A stretch of 64,000 nucleotides of DNA, from assembly GCA_964016885.1 (NCBI GenBank), contig OZ024763.1, positions 20,398,001 through 20,462,000 of the forward strand, in the 5' to 3' direction. Positions 29,300-40,502 of the stretch are shown here, in pieces. How positions within the stretch are numbered: the first letter of the stretch is position 1; each line of letters starts with the position of its first letter. Below the pieces are notes generated by a model. That model worked only from the letters and a program-made list of their open reading frames with translations. It did no database searches and was not told the origin of the DNA. The position numbers were made by a program, and so were the translations under genes. The stretch comes from Eledone cirrhosa (lineage: Eukaryota).

Positions 29300-32200
29300 T
29301 ATAATATATAAGATCAAAAGATGGTTAAAAGAGTTCCATGTATTTTATGCGCATTTCAAAAACAAATATCATCATGCGATGACATTTGCGTTTTCGTCAG
29401 ATAAAATAGGGAGACATGATATGAAGGTTAAAAAACACTTGTGAATAGTGCAGTTTTAAATCAACATATGAAAAGTAGTTTAAGATTGATGTGTGATATT
29501 GGGGGAAAAATGAGAGGGGAGGGGGGGGGGGGGAAGGATGAAAAAGAGGAGATGAGAGTAAAGAATGGAGGGGGAGGAGTATAATAAGGAGGGATGAGAT
29601 AGGAGGAGAGATGGGTGATAGAGAGAGAGAGATAGCTTTTATAACTGAGAAAAATATATTGTTTTACAGAGAGAGGTTAAAAAACCGTTGGAAGATAATA
29701 TATAAATTAAAAGAATTTGAAAATTAACGAAGAGAAAAATTTAAGAATAATGTTAAATTAAGGTTTGTATATTGAAGGGTTTATGTTAATATGTATTAAG
29801 AATAATATTAAGTTAAGGTTTGAATATTGAAGGGTTTAATAATATGTGCGAATGAAAGAAATTGTTGATATGTATTATTAAAAATAAAAATAGTAATGTA
29901 ATTAAGGATATATTGTGAAAAGAAGTAGAAGAGTGGATGAATTATGAATTTAGAGGAATTAGTTAGTGTTTAAGTTTGTTTTTATGTAAAGTAATATGTA
30001 TGTGTAATATATGTAAATAGTTTGTTTACAAATGAGCGCAGAAAGCAAAGAAGGAGATAGTGTTTAAGGAGAAGATCTTAACATCAAAATATGTATGTTT
30101 ATGAAGTATTTCCTAATGGTAATGATATAATGTAATAAAGGAGATTAGTTAGGGTTTAAGTTTGTTTTTATGTGTTGTGATGTGTAATATGTAGAAGTTA
30201 GACGAGCATGAAAGGGAGAAAAAAATAATGAATTGAGGATGAATAATCTAACGTCAAAAAAAATGTTTATATTTGCGAAGGATTTTTCAAGGTGATACTA
30301 TAAAGTATTTAAAAGGGTAATAGTAAGTTTTATGGCCAGTGATAGGATGGAAGAAGGAAGAGTGGATATATTGTGGTGAGTAATAATGAGAATTGAGAAG
30401 TATCTAGGAAGAAAAGGTACAGATTAGAGGTTAGAAATTAAAAGAAAAAAAGGAAGAAAGGGAAGTGATAAATAGGAATGATGTAGAATGGGTAACTAGT
30501 ATTATATACTGTATAATAAATAACATTGAAATAAGGTAGAAAGATGGGTATATTTTTAAAGAAATATATATGTGCCTTTGAGAAAAAGGATTTTAAATTG
30601 GTAAAGTATTAGATATTAGCTGTATACTTTATGGAATGTTCTGTGGAATTTATGCAAGCAGAGAGAAAATAAGTCAGTGCGTCTATTTATTAGAGAATCT
30701 AAATTAGATATAATGGTAAATTTCTCATAAAAACAGAGATTACATGTTTTGGATAGAGAGGCATTCAAGTAGGGAGAGGCAGAACAAACCTTCTTCCAAG
30801 AGATGTTATAGTTAATATTTTTGTCTTTCAAGGACCATATGAGTTCTGAGAGTGACGTGTTGGTTCTTTTAAGTTGGTATTTAAAAGACGAGCTTTAAAG
30901 GAGGTGGAAGTGGAGCCAAAATAGGTAAAGGAATTGGTGTCAGTTATAACTTTACATTCATAGATTAAGTTTTTTTCAAGACATTGGTTGTTGAGAGGAC
31001 ATTTATTTTTAACAGGGCAATTACAATTGTTCTGCCTCTCCATACTTGAATGCCTCTCTATCCAAAACATGTAATCTCTGTTTATGTGAGAAATTTACCA
31101 TTATATCTAATTTAGATTCTATAATAAATAGACGCACTGACTTGTTTTCTCTCTGCTTGCATAAATTCCACAGAACATTCCATAAAGTATACAGCTAATA
31201 TCTAATACTTTACCAATTTAAAAGGCACATATATATATATATATATTTCTTTAAAAATATACCCATCTTTCTACCTTATTTCAATGTTATTTATTATACA
31301 GTATATAATACTAGTTACCCATTCTACATCATTCCTATTTATCACTTCCCTTTCTTCCTTTTTTCCTTTTTTCTTATAATTTCTAACCTCTAATCTGTAC
31401 CTTTTCTTCCTAGATACTTCTCAATTCTCATTATTACTCACCACAATATATCCACTCTTCCTTCTTCCATCCTATCACTGGCCATAAAACTTACTATTAC
31501 CCTTTTAAATACTTTATAGTATCACCTTGAAAAATCCTTCGCAAACATAAACATTTTTTTTGACGTTAGATTATTCATCCTCAATTCATTATTTTTTTCT
31601 CCCTTTCATGCTCGTCTAACTTCTACATATTACACATCACAACACATAAAAACAAACTTAAACCCTAACTAATCTCCTTTATTACATTATATCATTACCA
31701 TTAGGAAATACTTCATAAACATACATATTTTGATGTTAAGATCTTCTCCTTAAACACTATCTCCTTCTTTGCTTTCTGCGCTCATTTGTAAACAAACTAT
31801 TTACATATATTACACATACATATTACTTTACATAAAAACAAACTTAAACACTAACTAATTCCTCTAAATTCATAATTCATCCACTCTTCTACTTCTTTTC
31901 ACAATATATCCTTAATTACATTACTATTTTTATTTTTAATAATACATATCAACAATTTCTTTCATTCGCACATATTATTAAACCCTTCAATATTCAAACC
32001 TTAACTTAATATTATTCTTAATACATATTAACATAAACCCTTCAATATACAAACCTTAATTTAACATTATTCTTAAATTTTTCTCTTCGTTAATTTTCAA
32101 ATTCTTTTAATTTATATATTATCTTCCAACGGATTTTTAACCTCTCTCTGTAAAACAATATATTTTTCTCAGTTATAAAAGCTATCTCTCTCTCTCTATC

Positions 32201-32600
32201 ACCCATCTCTCCTCCTATCTCATCCTTCCTTATTATACTCCTCCCCCTTCATTCTTTACTCTCATCTCCTCCTCTTTTTCATCCTTTCTACCCCCTCCCC
32301 TCATTTTTTTCCCAATATCACACATCAATCTAAAACTACTTTTCATATGTTGATTTAAAACTGCACTATTCACAAGTGTTTTTTAACCTTCATATCATGT
32401 CTCCCTATTTTATCTGACGAAAACGCAAATGTCATCGCATGATGATATTTGTTTTTGAAATGCGCATAATAAAATACATGGAACTCTTTTAACCATCTTT
32501 TGATCTTATATATTATTTATACTCCAGTCCTACAAACTGTAGAGTGCTACTTATCCGATATCTGCATTGCTTTATTGTACTACAATAAAACTCACCTCAT

Positions 32601-32654
<54 letters not shown>

Positions 32655-33313
32655 TTGAGCCACTTCCATCCGTCTGTCACTCAATGTGAATCTGTATGTT
32701 TGTGTGAATGTATGTGTTTAAAATGAAGGAAGGGATTGGTGAAAAAACTATAGCAAAACACCGGTTGGTGTTCCATTTGCTACGCCATGTGTGAGTGCAT
32801 GTGTGTGTGTTTGTGTAAATGTATGTCTGTGAGTATATATTTTGGTAAGTGTGTGTTTGCACGTTTATATTTATATACTGGTACATATCAATGTATGCAC
32901 ACACAAACATATATATATACACATAGGCGTCAGAGTGTTGGGAATATCCTAGTATATATATATAACTACTCAATAGTATTATATATTATTAAGGTAGGGC
33001 GGTGGATTGGCAGTATCGGTAGAGGGTCGGACGCCATGCTTTCAAACATAGTTACGTCCCTTTACGATCTGAGTTCAAATCCCGCCGAGGTTGACTTTGC
33101 CTTTAATCCTTACGGGGTCGATAAAATAAAGTACCAGTAATGCACTGGGTAATTGCTGGCCTTGTGCCTAAAGTAGAAACAAGTATTATATATTATTAAG
33201 ACTTACCAATAATAAGTTACTTTACATGTAGTACAAACAAGATGGACTGATTTTTGGCAGAGTTCGCATAGTAATGTGATGCCTTTGGGGATGGCGAAAG
33301 GGTAAACGCTCAT
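4275..33313 (-). CDS. ZMYND12: ZMYND12 (MYND zinc finger plus TPR-like helices), conserved copy A, 354 aa; complement join 33207..33313,26929..27070,24224..24395,19742..19911,18274..18396,15012..15114,13749..13894,4275..4376
   Basis: Eight exons with canonical GT-AG sites join in frame (1065 nt). The protein [48 protein letters not shown]...[11 protein letters not shown]...[13 protein letters not shown]...[27 protein letters not shown] follows the vertebrate ZMYND12 sequence as I recall it (YPLAVPKG, VTYYC, VPAALQSLRF, RNLGLLY, TSGGYFHLANIF). Confidence 0.93.
4416..12992 (-). repeat. 90-bp minisatellite, about 95 copies, derived from RTE LINE C-terminal coding sequence; fills ZMYND12-A intron 7
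   Basis: Exact 90-bp period throughout; minus-strand translation [22 protein letters not shown] resembles the RTE RLRWxGHVxR motif. Confidence 0.95.
13651..13706. repeat. 14-bp tandem repeat x4 (tgattaccaaatac)
   Basis: Direct inspection. Confidence 0.85.
13749..13894 (-). CDS. ZMYND12: ZMYND12-A exon 7
   Basis: [49 protein letters not shown]; 146 nt. Confidence 0.9.
14080..14835. repeat. 48-bp minisatellite, about 16 copies (SINE-body-like), in ZMYND12-A intron 6
   Basis: Unit cagagtgtactgggtgtattttatagtttcaccagcactaccacttta; resembles the SINE segment cactttacagtg..ctgggtgctttt. Confidence 0.85.
15012..15114 (-). CDS. ZMYND12: ZMYND12-A exon 6
   Basis: [34 protein letters not shown]; flanks ttttag| and |gtgagt; 103 nt. 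Confidence 0.88.
15350..15938 (-). mobile_element. CR1-clade LINE 3' fragment
   Basis: VRPHLEF.SP.WNPY...LETVQ.RATK...TRGH...RKHFFT.RV..WNKLP; further copies at 20550-21830 (-), 23325-23567 (-), 36095-36355 (+) and 39650-39958 (-). Confidence 0.88.
17120..17555. repeat. 44-bp minisatellite, about 10 copies
   Basis: Unit ggccaactctgctctggtagcagtaagtagggttgtgatctgag. Confidence 0.9.
17570..18215. repeat. Compound tandem repeats (about 102-bp and about 50-bp units)
   Basis: Recurrent aaaataaacctcatttggtc..ccatgagagtatcttggtcag. Confidence 0.75.
18274..18396 (-). CDS. ZMYND12: ZMYND12-A exon 5
   Basis: [41 protein letters not shown]; 123 nt. Confidence 0.92.
19742..19911 (-). CDS. ZMYND12: ZMYND12-A exon 4
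   Basis: [56 protein letters not shown]; 170 nt. Confidence 0.92.
20717..21513 (-). repeat. 61-bp tandem array (13 copies) inside a CR1 3' end
   Basis: Unit catggaggttttaaaggatgcagtgtctcgacagctaacaactgatgcaggtagtttgttc; single-copy in the other CR1 copies in this window. Confidence 0.92.
22021..22075 (-). ncRNA. Minimal type I hammerhead ribozyme motif (PLE-type)
   Basis: ACTGC CTGAAGA GGTCACAGCC-AAAGAT-GGCTGTCACT GAAA TATATA TA GCAGT: helix I of 5 bp, core boxes, helix II, palindromic helix III, AUA site. Confidence 0.7.
24224..24395 (-). CDS. ZMYND12: ZMYND12-A exon 3
   Basis: [58 protein letters not shown]; 172 nt; AG/GT flanks. Confidence 0.92.
25388..25455 (-). ncRNA. Hammerhead-like motif (partly degenerate) in a PLE relic at about 25290-25490
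   Basis: CTCTGT CTGACGA [helix II] GAAA CCGTTGG TA ATGGAG; the helix II closing pair is mismatched. Confidence 0.5.
26929..27070 (-). CDS. ZMYND12: ZMYND12-A exon 2
   Basis: ctttccag| [20 protein letters not shown]...KRKLN |gtaagt; 142 nt. Confidence 0.9.
27640..27940 (+). mobile_element. RTE LINE 3' fragment
   Basis: [23 protein letters not shown]...DRDKWR with a (GAT)n tail. Confidence 0.8.
29301..32516. mobile_element. Penelope-like element relic forming a 3.2-kb palindrome (arms 29301-30787 and 31027-32516, 239-bp spacer)
   Basis: The arms are near-identical reverse complements. The minus strand at about 31026-30616 encodes a frameshifted PLE GIY-YIG C-terminus (CNC..CPL..CL..LIYEC..TYFGST..FKARL; ISW...CNLC.YEK.I...INRR.....CLH). 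Confidence 0.85.
32406..32476 (+). ncRNA. Minimal hammerhead ribozyme motif in the PLE right arm
   Basis: TATTTTAT CTGACGA AAACGCAAATGTCATC-GCAT-GATGATATTTGTTTTT GAAA TGCGCA TA ATAAAATA: 8-bp helix I, long helix II, palindromic helix III. Confidence 0.75.
32997..33182 (+). mobile_element. tRNA-derived SINE (family 2), representative copy
   Basis: gggcggtggattggcagtatcggtagag...ctgagttcaaatccc...ctttgccttt(c/a)atccttacggggtcgataaaataaagtaccag; many copies in both orientations (e.g. about 1075, 13163, 15170, 22830, 27340, 37200, 37997, 40168, 42690, 52550). Confidence 0.8.
33207..33313 (-). CDS. ZMYND12: ZMYND12-A exon 1
   Basis: ATG at 33313; [11 protein letters not shown]...[13 protein letters not shown]; ends TG|gtaagt. 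Confidence 0.92.
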
Positions 33314-33404
33314 ATCGAATATTTTAAGTCGTCTGTTTAAGTAATAAGAAGTTCCAGGAAAGAAGCACCTTTACAGAAATAACACGTGAGCGACGGTGTG
33401 TACG

Positions 33405-33440
33405 TGTTTACTAGCAGACGGACCTGTTGTTATAGGCAAC
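33405..33440. promoter_or_regulatory. Candidate RFX X-box (GTTGTT ATA GGCAAC, 33426-33440) plus forkhead/FOXJ1-type TGTTTAC (33405-33411) upstream of ZMYND12-A
   Basis: Both motifs lie about 90-130 bp upstream of the ATG in non-repetitive DNA; one X-box half (GGCAAC) is perfect. RFX and FOXJ1 are the known regulators of motile-cilia genes. Confidence 0.55.
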
Positions 33441-33791
33441 GTGCTGATGTAAGGGACATAACTCACATCTTACATCGTATTTAAAGAAGTTTATTTGTTA
33501 CAGTATATATTCATAAATAACGATTCGCTTTATAATAATATGGACTTTGCCTATTAATCCGTATGACGAGCAAATGGGGTCTCACGTGCTGGCCTCCCCA
33601 CAGCCCCCGTGGACAGGACGGAGAAGGCGTTTCCCCGGAGGAGGATAAGGGAGATGCGCTGGAAGAGCCATTCCAACTCACCTGCGGCTGGCTAGCTCAG
33701 CGCCTATGGTGGTAAGTAGGGAGGTAGCCCTAGGGCCAAGGACACCAGAAGTCTTCACTGCCAAGGCGACTGGTACTTGGAGAGTGTATAC

Positions 33792-34690
33792 ATTTACATT
33801 AGAATAACGTTGCAAATATGTTTTAAATATATACATAAATAACTACAAATAACATTATAGATTCCGTATTCAATAAATTTACATTAGAATAACGTTGCAA
33901 ATATGTTTTAAATATATACATAAATAACTACAAATAACATTATAGATTCCGTATTCAATAAATTTACATTAGAATAACGTTGCAAATATGTTTTAAATAT
34001 ATACATAAATAACTACAAATAACATTATAGATTCCGTATTCAATAAATTTACATTAGAATAACGTTGCAAATATGTTTTAAATATATACATAAATAACTA
34101 CAAATAACATTATAGATTCCGTATTCAATAAATTTACATTAGAATAACGTTGCAAATATGTTTTAAATATATACATAAATAACTACAAATAACATTATAG
34201 ATTCCGTATTCAATAAATTTACAGTAGAATAACGTTGCAAATATGTTTTAAATATATACATAAATAACTACAAATGTGTAAATAACATTATAGATTCCGT
34301 ATTCAATAAATTTACAGTAGAATAACGTTGCAAATATGTTTTAAATATATACATAAATAACTACAAATGTGTAAATAACATTATAGATTCCGTATTCAAT
34401 AAATTTACATTAGAATAACGTTGCAAATATGTTTTAAATATATACATAAATAACTACAAATGTGTAAATAACATTATAGATTCCGTATTCAATAAATTTA
34501 CAGTAGAATAACGTTGCAAATATGTTTTAAATATATACATAAATAACTACAAATGTGTAAATAACATTATAGATTCCGTATTCAATAAATTTACAGTAGA
34601 ATAACGTTGCAAATATGTTTTAAATATATACATAAATAACTACAAATAACATTATAGATTCCGTATTCAATAAATTTACAGTAGAATAGC
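33792..34690. repeat. 85/93-bp AT-rich minisatellite, about 10 copies
   Basis: Unit atttacattagaataacgttgcaaatatg...attccgtattcaataa; some later copies carry a gtgtaaat insertion. Confidence 0.9.
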
Positions 34691-35199
34691 ATAACAAATA
34701 TGTTTTACATAAATAACATTACGAATGCTTAGATAACATTAAAAATTGCTCGCGATTCTTTCAGAAGGATATATTCTTTTAATGTTGCAATATTAAATAA
34801 TCATCATCATCGTTTAACGTCCACTTTTCACGCTAGCATGGGTTAGACGGGAGTTGTCCCGCTTGAGGCAAGGTTGGTCGGGTGACCGTGTCTCGCTCAT
34901 ATAGGACTATCTGGCAGGTTTTCTACGTCTGGATGGCCTTCCTAACACCAACCACATTTACAGTGTGGAACTGGGAACTTTTTACCGTGTTACTTACACG
35001 GCCACATTACAGTGTGGACTGTGTGTTTTTTTCTCGTGACACCTACACAATCTCGATCTCATTTATCTCATTTATTTGGACTGGATGTTGTGGTACCAAC
35101 TTTATAGAGAGGGGATGGTGTTGGTGGGAGTGGGAGGATAGGGTAGGGGTAGTGGATTGGGGTGTAAGAGGTGCCTAATGACTAGGTTTCGCTTTGTAC

Positions 35200-35477
35200 A
35201 TAGGCAAGGCGGGTCTTCTGTATTACTGCGTAGCGCCAAAGATCTCGGTCCAGTGACATTGTCTTAGAGAGGTGCAAGTGTGTAAGGTCGGAATTTATCA
35301 GATCGTCCCAGGTTTTTCTGGGTCTACCTACTCTGTAACTACCATCAATTTTGATCGCCCTGCACTTTTTTATACAGCTGTCGTCTTTCATGCGCATCAT
35401 GTGGCCATACCAACGTAGTCTTCTCTCGAGTAAACAGCATCTGATCCCTCTTATTCCTAATTTCTCACTTAGTTCAT

Positions 35478-35480
<3 letters not shown>
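35200..35480 (-). mobile_element. RTE LINE 3' fragment
   Basis: RRLRWYGHMMRM...GRPRKTWDD; same family as 54446-55780. Confidence 0.8.
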
Positions 35481-35566
<86 letters not shown>

Positions 35567-35980
35567 ATCGGAGAAAGCTTTTTAGCGATACTCCGGCCAA
35601 ATTCCAACTCACTCAACAAACATTAGGAAATAAGTGATTATATTCCCAATTATGCGTTCGGGGTGCTAACTAAAAGTATTGCGTGGAAAATTGGCTGTAT
35701 TATTTCAAATGAGACATATCTAATATATCTCTTCCCAGACGGGCGTCTCGTTTCATTATAGGATTCCTACAATTTGGTTGAAATTATACCAATTTATGTA
35801 GGAGCTTGTATACCATCAATAGATATATATTCAAGTGGGCTCCTATAATTCATCAATAGGTGCCCCAATAATACTAATATTGATAATCTAACCAACATCA
35901 GCATTTAGCGATAATCACTTTCTGTGCCTGAGATATCTGTTAGGTTGCCAGTCCAGCAGTTCTGAAAGAAGTGCTCGAAC

Positions 35981-36012
<32 letters not shown>

Positions 36013-37107
36013 TTTTTTTTCTTAATAGATAGCATCACTCAGCAAGACCTTTGTCATCCGCTCTCCAGATATCTATTTAAAGCTGTATATAGCTATGGTG
36101 CAGCCACACTTAGAATTTGCATCACCAGTCTGGAACCCCTATCTTGCTCAGAACATTGACCGCCTGGAAACTGTTCAGAGACGTGCAACCAAGCGAATAC
36201 CCTCCATCAGGCATCTACCATACTCTGAACGCCTTGCTTCCCTGAGCATGGACACATTGAAGCTCCGACGTCTGGCAGCTGACTTGGTAAACACCCACAA
36301 AATTATTAACCACCTTGCCAACAACAACCCTGGGCACCTTTTTGATTTCCATGTAGAGCTGCTACTTCTCTGAATTGCGAGATCACAGCTCCAATACTAT
36401 GAGCATGTGGTCAGAATGTCTCAGGAAAGAATCACTGGACAGGTAGAGCTACTACTTCTCTGAATTGAGAGAAGACAGCTCTTATATTATGGGTGTCCAT
36501 AGCTATTTTGTCCGCGGGGCGCAGCTGAGACACCGCCCAGACTGGGATATTGTGTCTGCCCGTCTGTTCTTTCCCTTCTTCCTTTCTTTCGTTGCTTAAT
36601 TCTTTTTTTTTTCTTTTTCTTCTTTTCATTACCCCTCTATTTATTTTTTTTGTTCCCTTTAATGGTGTTTTATCTTTGTATAAACAGCTTTGTCTGCGGG
36701 AATGATTTTGCGATCTTGTCCACCGAACGGAGCCCCAATACCACCGCGCTCTTGGCCTAGAGCCCGTCACCCACCCTCTGCATTCTTCTGTGACAGTAAA
36801 GCCCTTCCCTTTCCCTTCCTTTCCCGTTTTCATAACCACAAAAGACACTTGAATTTTTTTACAATAAAGATATCTTAACAGCTTTGTATAATAAAATATT
36901 TATTGGTAAAAAAAAAATGTCTCCTAAACTGAATATTTTTGTTATCATTCATGTGAGCACGTATGGCTCCAAGTCAGACGCCAATAAAAATATAACGTCG
37001 AGCTTTATTTGAATCGGTCGTTTCCATAAATATACAATGAAATATTTGTTTGTTATTTTGTAAACCTTGAATTTTATCTGGAAATTTCCGACCACATACT
37101 GTTTAAA

Positions 37108-37139
37108 ATGTCACAAGAAAAATTGAATCAGTCTGAAAG
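37108..37139 (+). CDS. Candidate upstream first coding exon of ZMYND12-B (MSQEKLNQSE-S)
   Basis: aaaATG context and AG|gttagt donor; phase 2 matches the acceptor at 49150/49151, and the frame stays open to ATG 49197. Confidence 0.4.
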
Positions 37140-37801
37140 GTTAGTTAAAATATTGGTGTTATAACAAAGAAGGGGAGCGGATTGACAGAAGCATTAACAT
37201 AATTGTTTCTACTTTTGGCACAAGGCCAGCAATTATCCCAGTGTATTACTGGTACTTTATTTTATCGACCCTGTAAGGATGAAAGGCAAAGTTAACCTCG
37301 ACAGGATTTGAACTCAGACCATAAAGGGACGTAACTCTGTGCTGCAAAGCATGGCGTCCGACCCTCTACCGATACTGCAAAATCCAGGTTCTCGGCGTGG
37401 AGCGCATACCCCCACAAGGGTGGTGGTGCGATTTGAAAATGGTGCAGTAGTCACCGTCGAGAGCTCAGGCCTCCTTAGACTCCGTATAAGCTGCCCTCCT
37501 CCGTAAAATAGAGTTTCTACTTTTGGCACAAGGCCAGCGATTACTCAGTACATCACTGGTACTTTATTTTATCGACCCTGTAAGGATGAAAGGCAAAGTT
37601 AACCGCGGCGGATTTGAGCTCAGAACACAAAGGACCATAACTTTATGCCGAAACACCACTCTGACTTAGGTATAGAGTATGTCGCCTTCTCCCTCCTCCC
37701 CCTCTCCCCTCCCTCTTTCGCTGTTTAACAATCGTAGCCCTTCCCCTCGTATTTAAGCACTCAACGTCATGTGTTTCTTCTAAATGTAATTTGTCAGTAT
37801 A

Positions 37802-37990
37802 TACAGGGTGTCCCCCAAAAATGTATACACACTTCAACAGCATTCTAATAAATATTGCTCGTATATATTTACTTTTAATATGTTTATTAAGCGAAAGAAA
37901 GGATTGAAAGAATTGTCGATTGTAAAAAAGAAACTATTTATATAATCTATTAAAGAGAACAGACTTCAGGATTTACTTCATTAATTTTAC
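37802..37990. mobile_element. Tc1/mariner-like terminal fragment
   Basis: Starts TA-CAGGGTGTCCC; partner TIR not found. Confidence 0.4.
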
Positions 37991-38199
37991 ATCAGAGGGC
38001 GGTGGATTGGCAGTATCAGTAGAGGGTTGGACGCCATTCTTTGCAGCATAGAGTTACGGCCCTTTATGTTCTGAGTTCAAATCCTGCCAAGGTTAACTTT
38101 GCCTTTCATCCTCACGAAGGTCGATAAAATAAAGTACCAGTGATGTACTGGGATAATTGCTGGCCTTGTGCCAAAAGTAGAAACAATTAATTTTACAAC

Positions 38200-38870
38200 A
38201 GATGACACTTGCAGCGACACTTTCTCCAGCCGCAACCTGGTGCAATCTGCGACTAACCCAGGTTCTGCTGCACGTCGGGCTGAGGAGGCAAAACTCTCCA
38301 AGTACCGGTCACTCCCCGACAGGTTCGTGGTCGTGCCCTTGGCAGTGGAGACTTCTGGTGTCCTTGGCCCTAAGCCCTAGGGTTAACTCCCTACTCACCA
38401 CCATAGGCCCTGAGTTGGCTACCGCTAGCAGTGGAGACTTCTGGTGTCCTCGGCCCTAGGGCTACCTCCCTACTCACCACCATAGGCCCTGAGTTGGCTA
38501 CCGCTACCAGTGGAAACTTCTGGTGTCCTCGGCCCTAGGGCTACCTCCCTACTCACCACCATAGGCCCTGAGTTGGCTACCGCTAGCAGTGGAGACTTCT
38601 GGTGTCCTCGGCCCTAGGGCTACCTCCCTACTCACCACCATAGGCCCTGAGTTGGCTACCGCTACCAGTGGAAACTTCTGGTGTCCTCGGCCCTGGGGCT
38701 ACCTCCCTACTTACCACCATAGGCGCTGAGCTGGCCAATCGATGTGTAAGCCTCGCGAGTTGGAATGACTCTTCCAGCGCATCTCCCTTACCATCCTCCG
38801 GGGAAACGCCTTCTCCATTCTGTCCGCCGGGGTTGTGGGGCGGCCAGCACGTGGGACCCAATTTTCTCAC
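38200..38870 (+). mobile_element. CRE-like (restriction-like endonuclease) non-LTR retrotransposon fragment with an internal 79-bp x5 tandem amplification (about 38342-38735)
   Basis: TCSDTF...GSAARRAEEAKLSKY...[13 protein letters not shown] motif; related fragments at about 16058-16300 and 33570-33770 (-). Confidence 0.65.
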
Positions 38871-39306
38871 CATACGGAGAGATGGGGAGAGCCAGAAAGA
38901 TGGAGGCGATGACAGTGGGAGTTCGGCTCTTCTACGTTCGGACGATATCCTTGTAGTTGTGTTCATCAAGCCCTAGTACAGTAATGGGACTGAGTTAATC
39001 CTAGTTGGTTGTTTAAGCAACTTTGGTTCATATTACTGTTGGAAACACCTGTCTCACCTCCTCCTCCACACATATTACTGTGTTGTTGTGTATCTGGCGC
39101 CACCTATACACCAATTTGTTTACACTTTGCAGTTGATCATCACTGTGTTCATATCAAAGACGGCCATAACAATTTTGGGGATTTTTAGGTTGGGGTCTGG
39201 TGCACAAAAGGTTGGGAACCACTGATCCACTACTGTTGACACCAGTCATGGACAAACTGCGGCCCGTTTGGCTTTCTCAACGAAGTTGTACGGAAAAGTA
39301 AAAACA

Positions 39307-39349
39307 ACCGAGCTGAGGATCCGAATAAGTTGAAACATTTGTTCTCGGT
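39307..39349 (+). ncRNA. Minimal hammerhead-like motif; inverted sister copy at 41254-41293 (-)
   Basis: ACCGAG CTGAGGA tccgaataagtt GAAA CATTTG TT CTCGGT; helix II is weak. The sister copy has tCCgctaaGGt and CAATTG. Confidence 0.5.
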
Positions 39350-39451
39350 AATGGTGAACTAACTGTTGTGGAACTACTTCTACCAAACTCGTTCCATGGA
39401 CTGAGTGCTCTACAACTACGGATATAACCCTCCAGTGTTCTACTATTATAT

Positions 39452-39522
<71 letters not shown>

Positions 39523-40458
39523 TCAACACAAGAAAGAAACTAAAAAACAAATACAAGTATCAATTCACCAACGAGTGCGACAATCGACTACCCACCCTCA
39601 CCACAAGTGTCAACGGAAAATTTTGAGGCAAGCCAACACATTTGAAAATTATTGTGTACGGTGCTCAGGTGCACTACAACTCGCCAAAGGTATATGTATA
39701 GTATATCGAATAATGTACAAATGTCAGGAAAATGAACAGTGTATGAGTCATGATATACACACAGATACATGTATGTGTGTATGGAGGAGAAATATCAGGT
39801 GTAATGTTGGAGAATTTCAGGAAGTATGGAGGTTTTAAAGGATGCAGTGTCTCGACAGCTAACAACTGATGCAGGTAGTTTGTTCCATGCTTCAGCAACT
39901 CTGAGTGTGAAAAAATGTTTCCAAAAGTCATGGGAGCTGTGCTGTTTTCTGACTTTGTTATATATATAACTAACAAATAGTTATCGCTCTAAATACAATA
40001 AATGTAATCTGAGTTTACATATTATTTTTATATATTATATTTAATATACAAACGTTGATGTTAGAAACTTACAGTTAAATCCAATTCTAAGCACACCTTG
40101 TGAAACCGAAATGATGATATTCTCAGTGAATTTTGTCTGGCTGTTCAATGATTTTGGCGTAATAAATGTTTCTACTTTTGGCACAAGGCCAGCAATTACT
40201 CCAGTGTATTACTGGTACTTTATTTTACCGACCTCGTAAGGATTAAAGGCAAAGTTAACCTCGGCGGAATTTGAACTCAGAATGGCAAGGGCCGTAACTC
40301 TATGCGTCAAAGCATGGCGCCCGACCCTTTACCGATACTGCCAATCCCCCGCCCTTGTTTGGCGTAATAATGAAAAAGAGCAATAGGAGTTATCCCCCTT
40401 AGAAGATTATGGCAGGTGTATATTTGCTGCAGAGATTCTTATCAACCATGGTGGTTAT

Positions 40459-40502
<44 letters not shown>

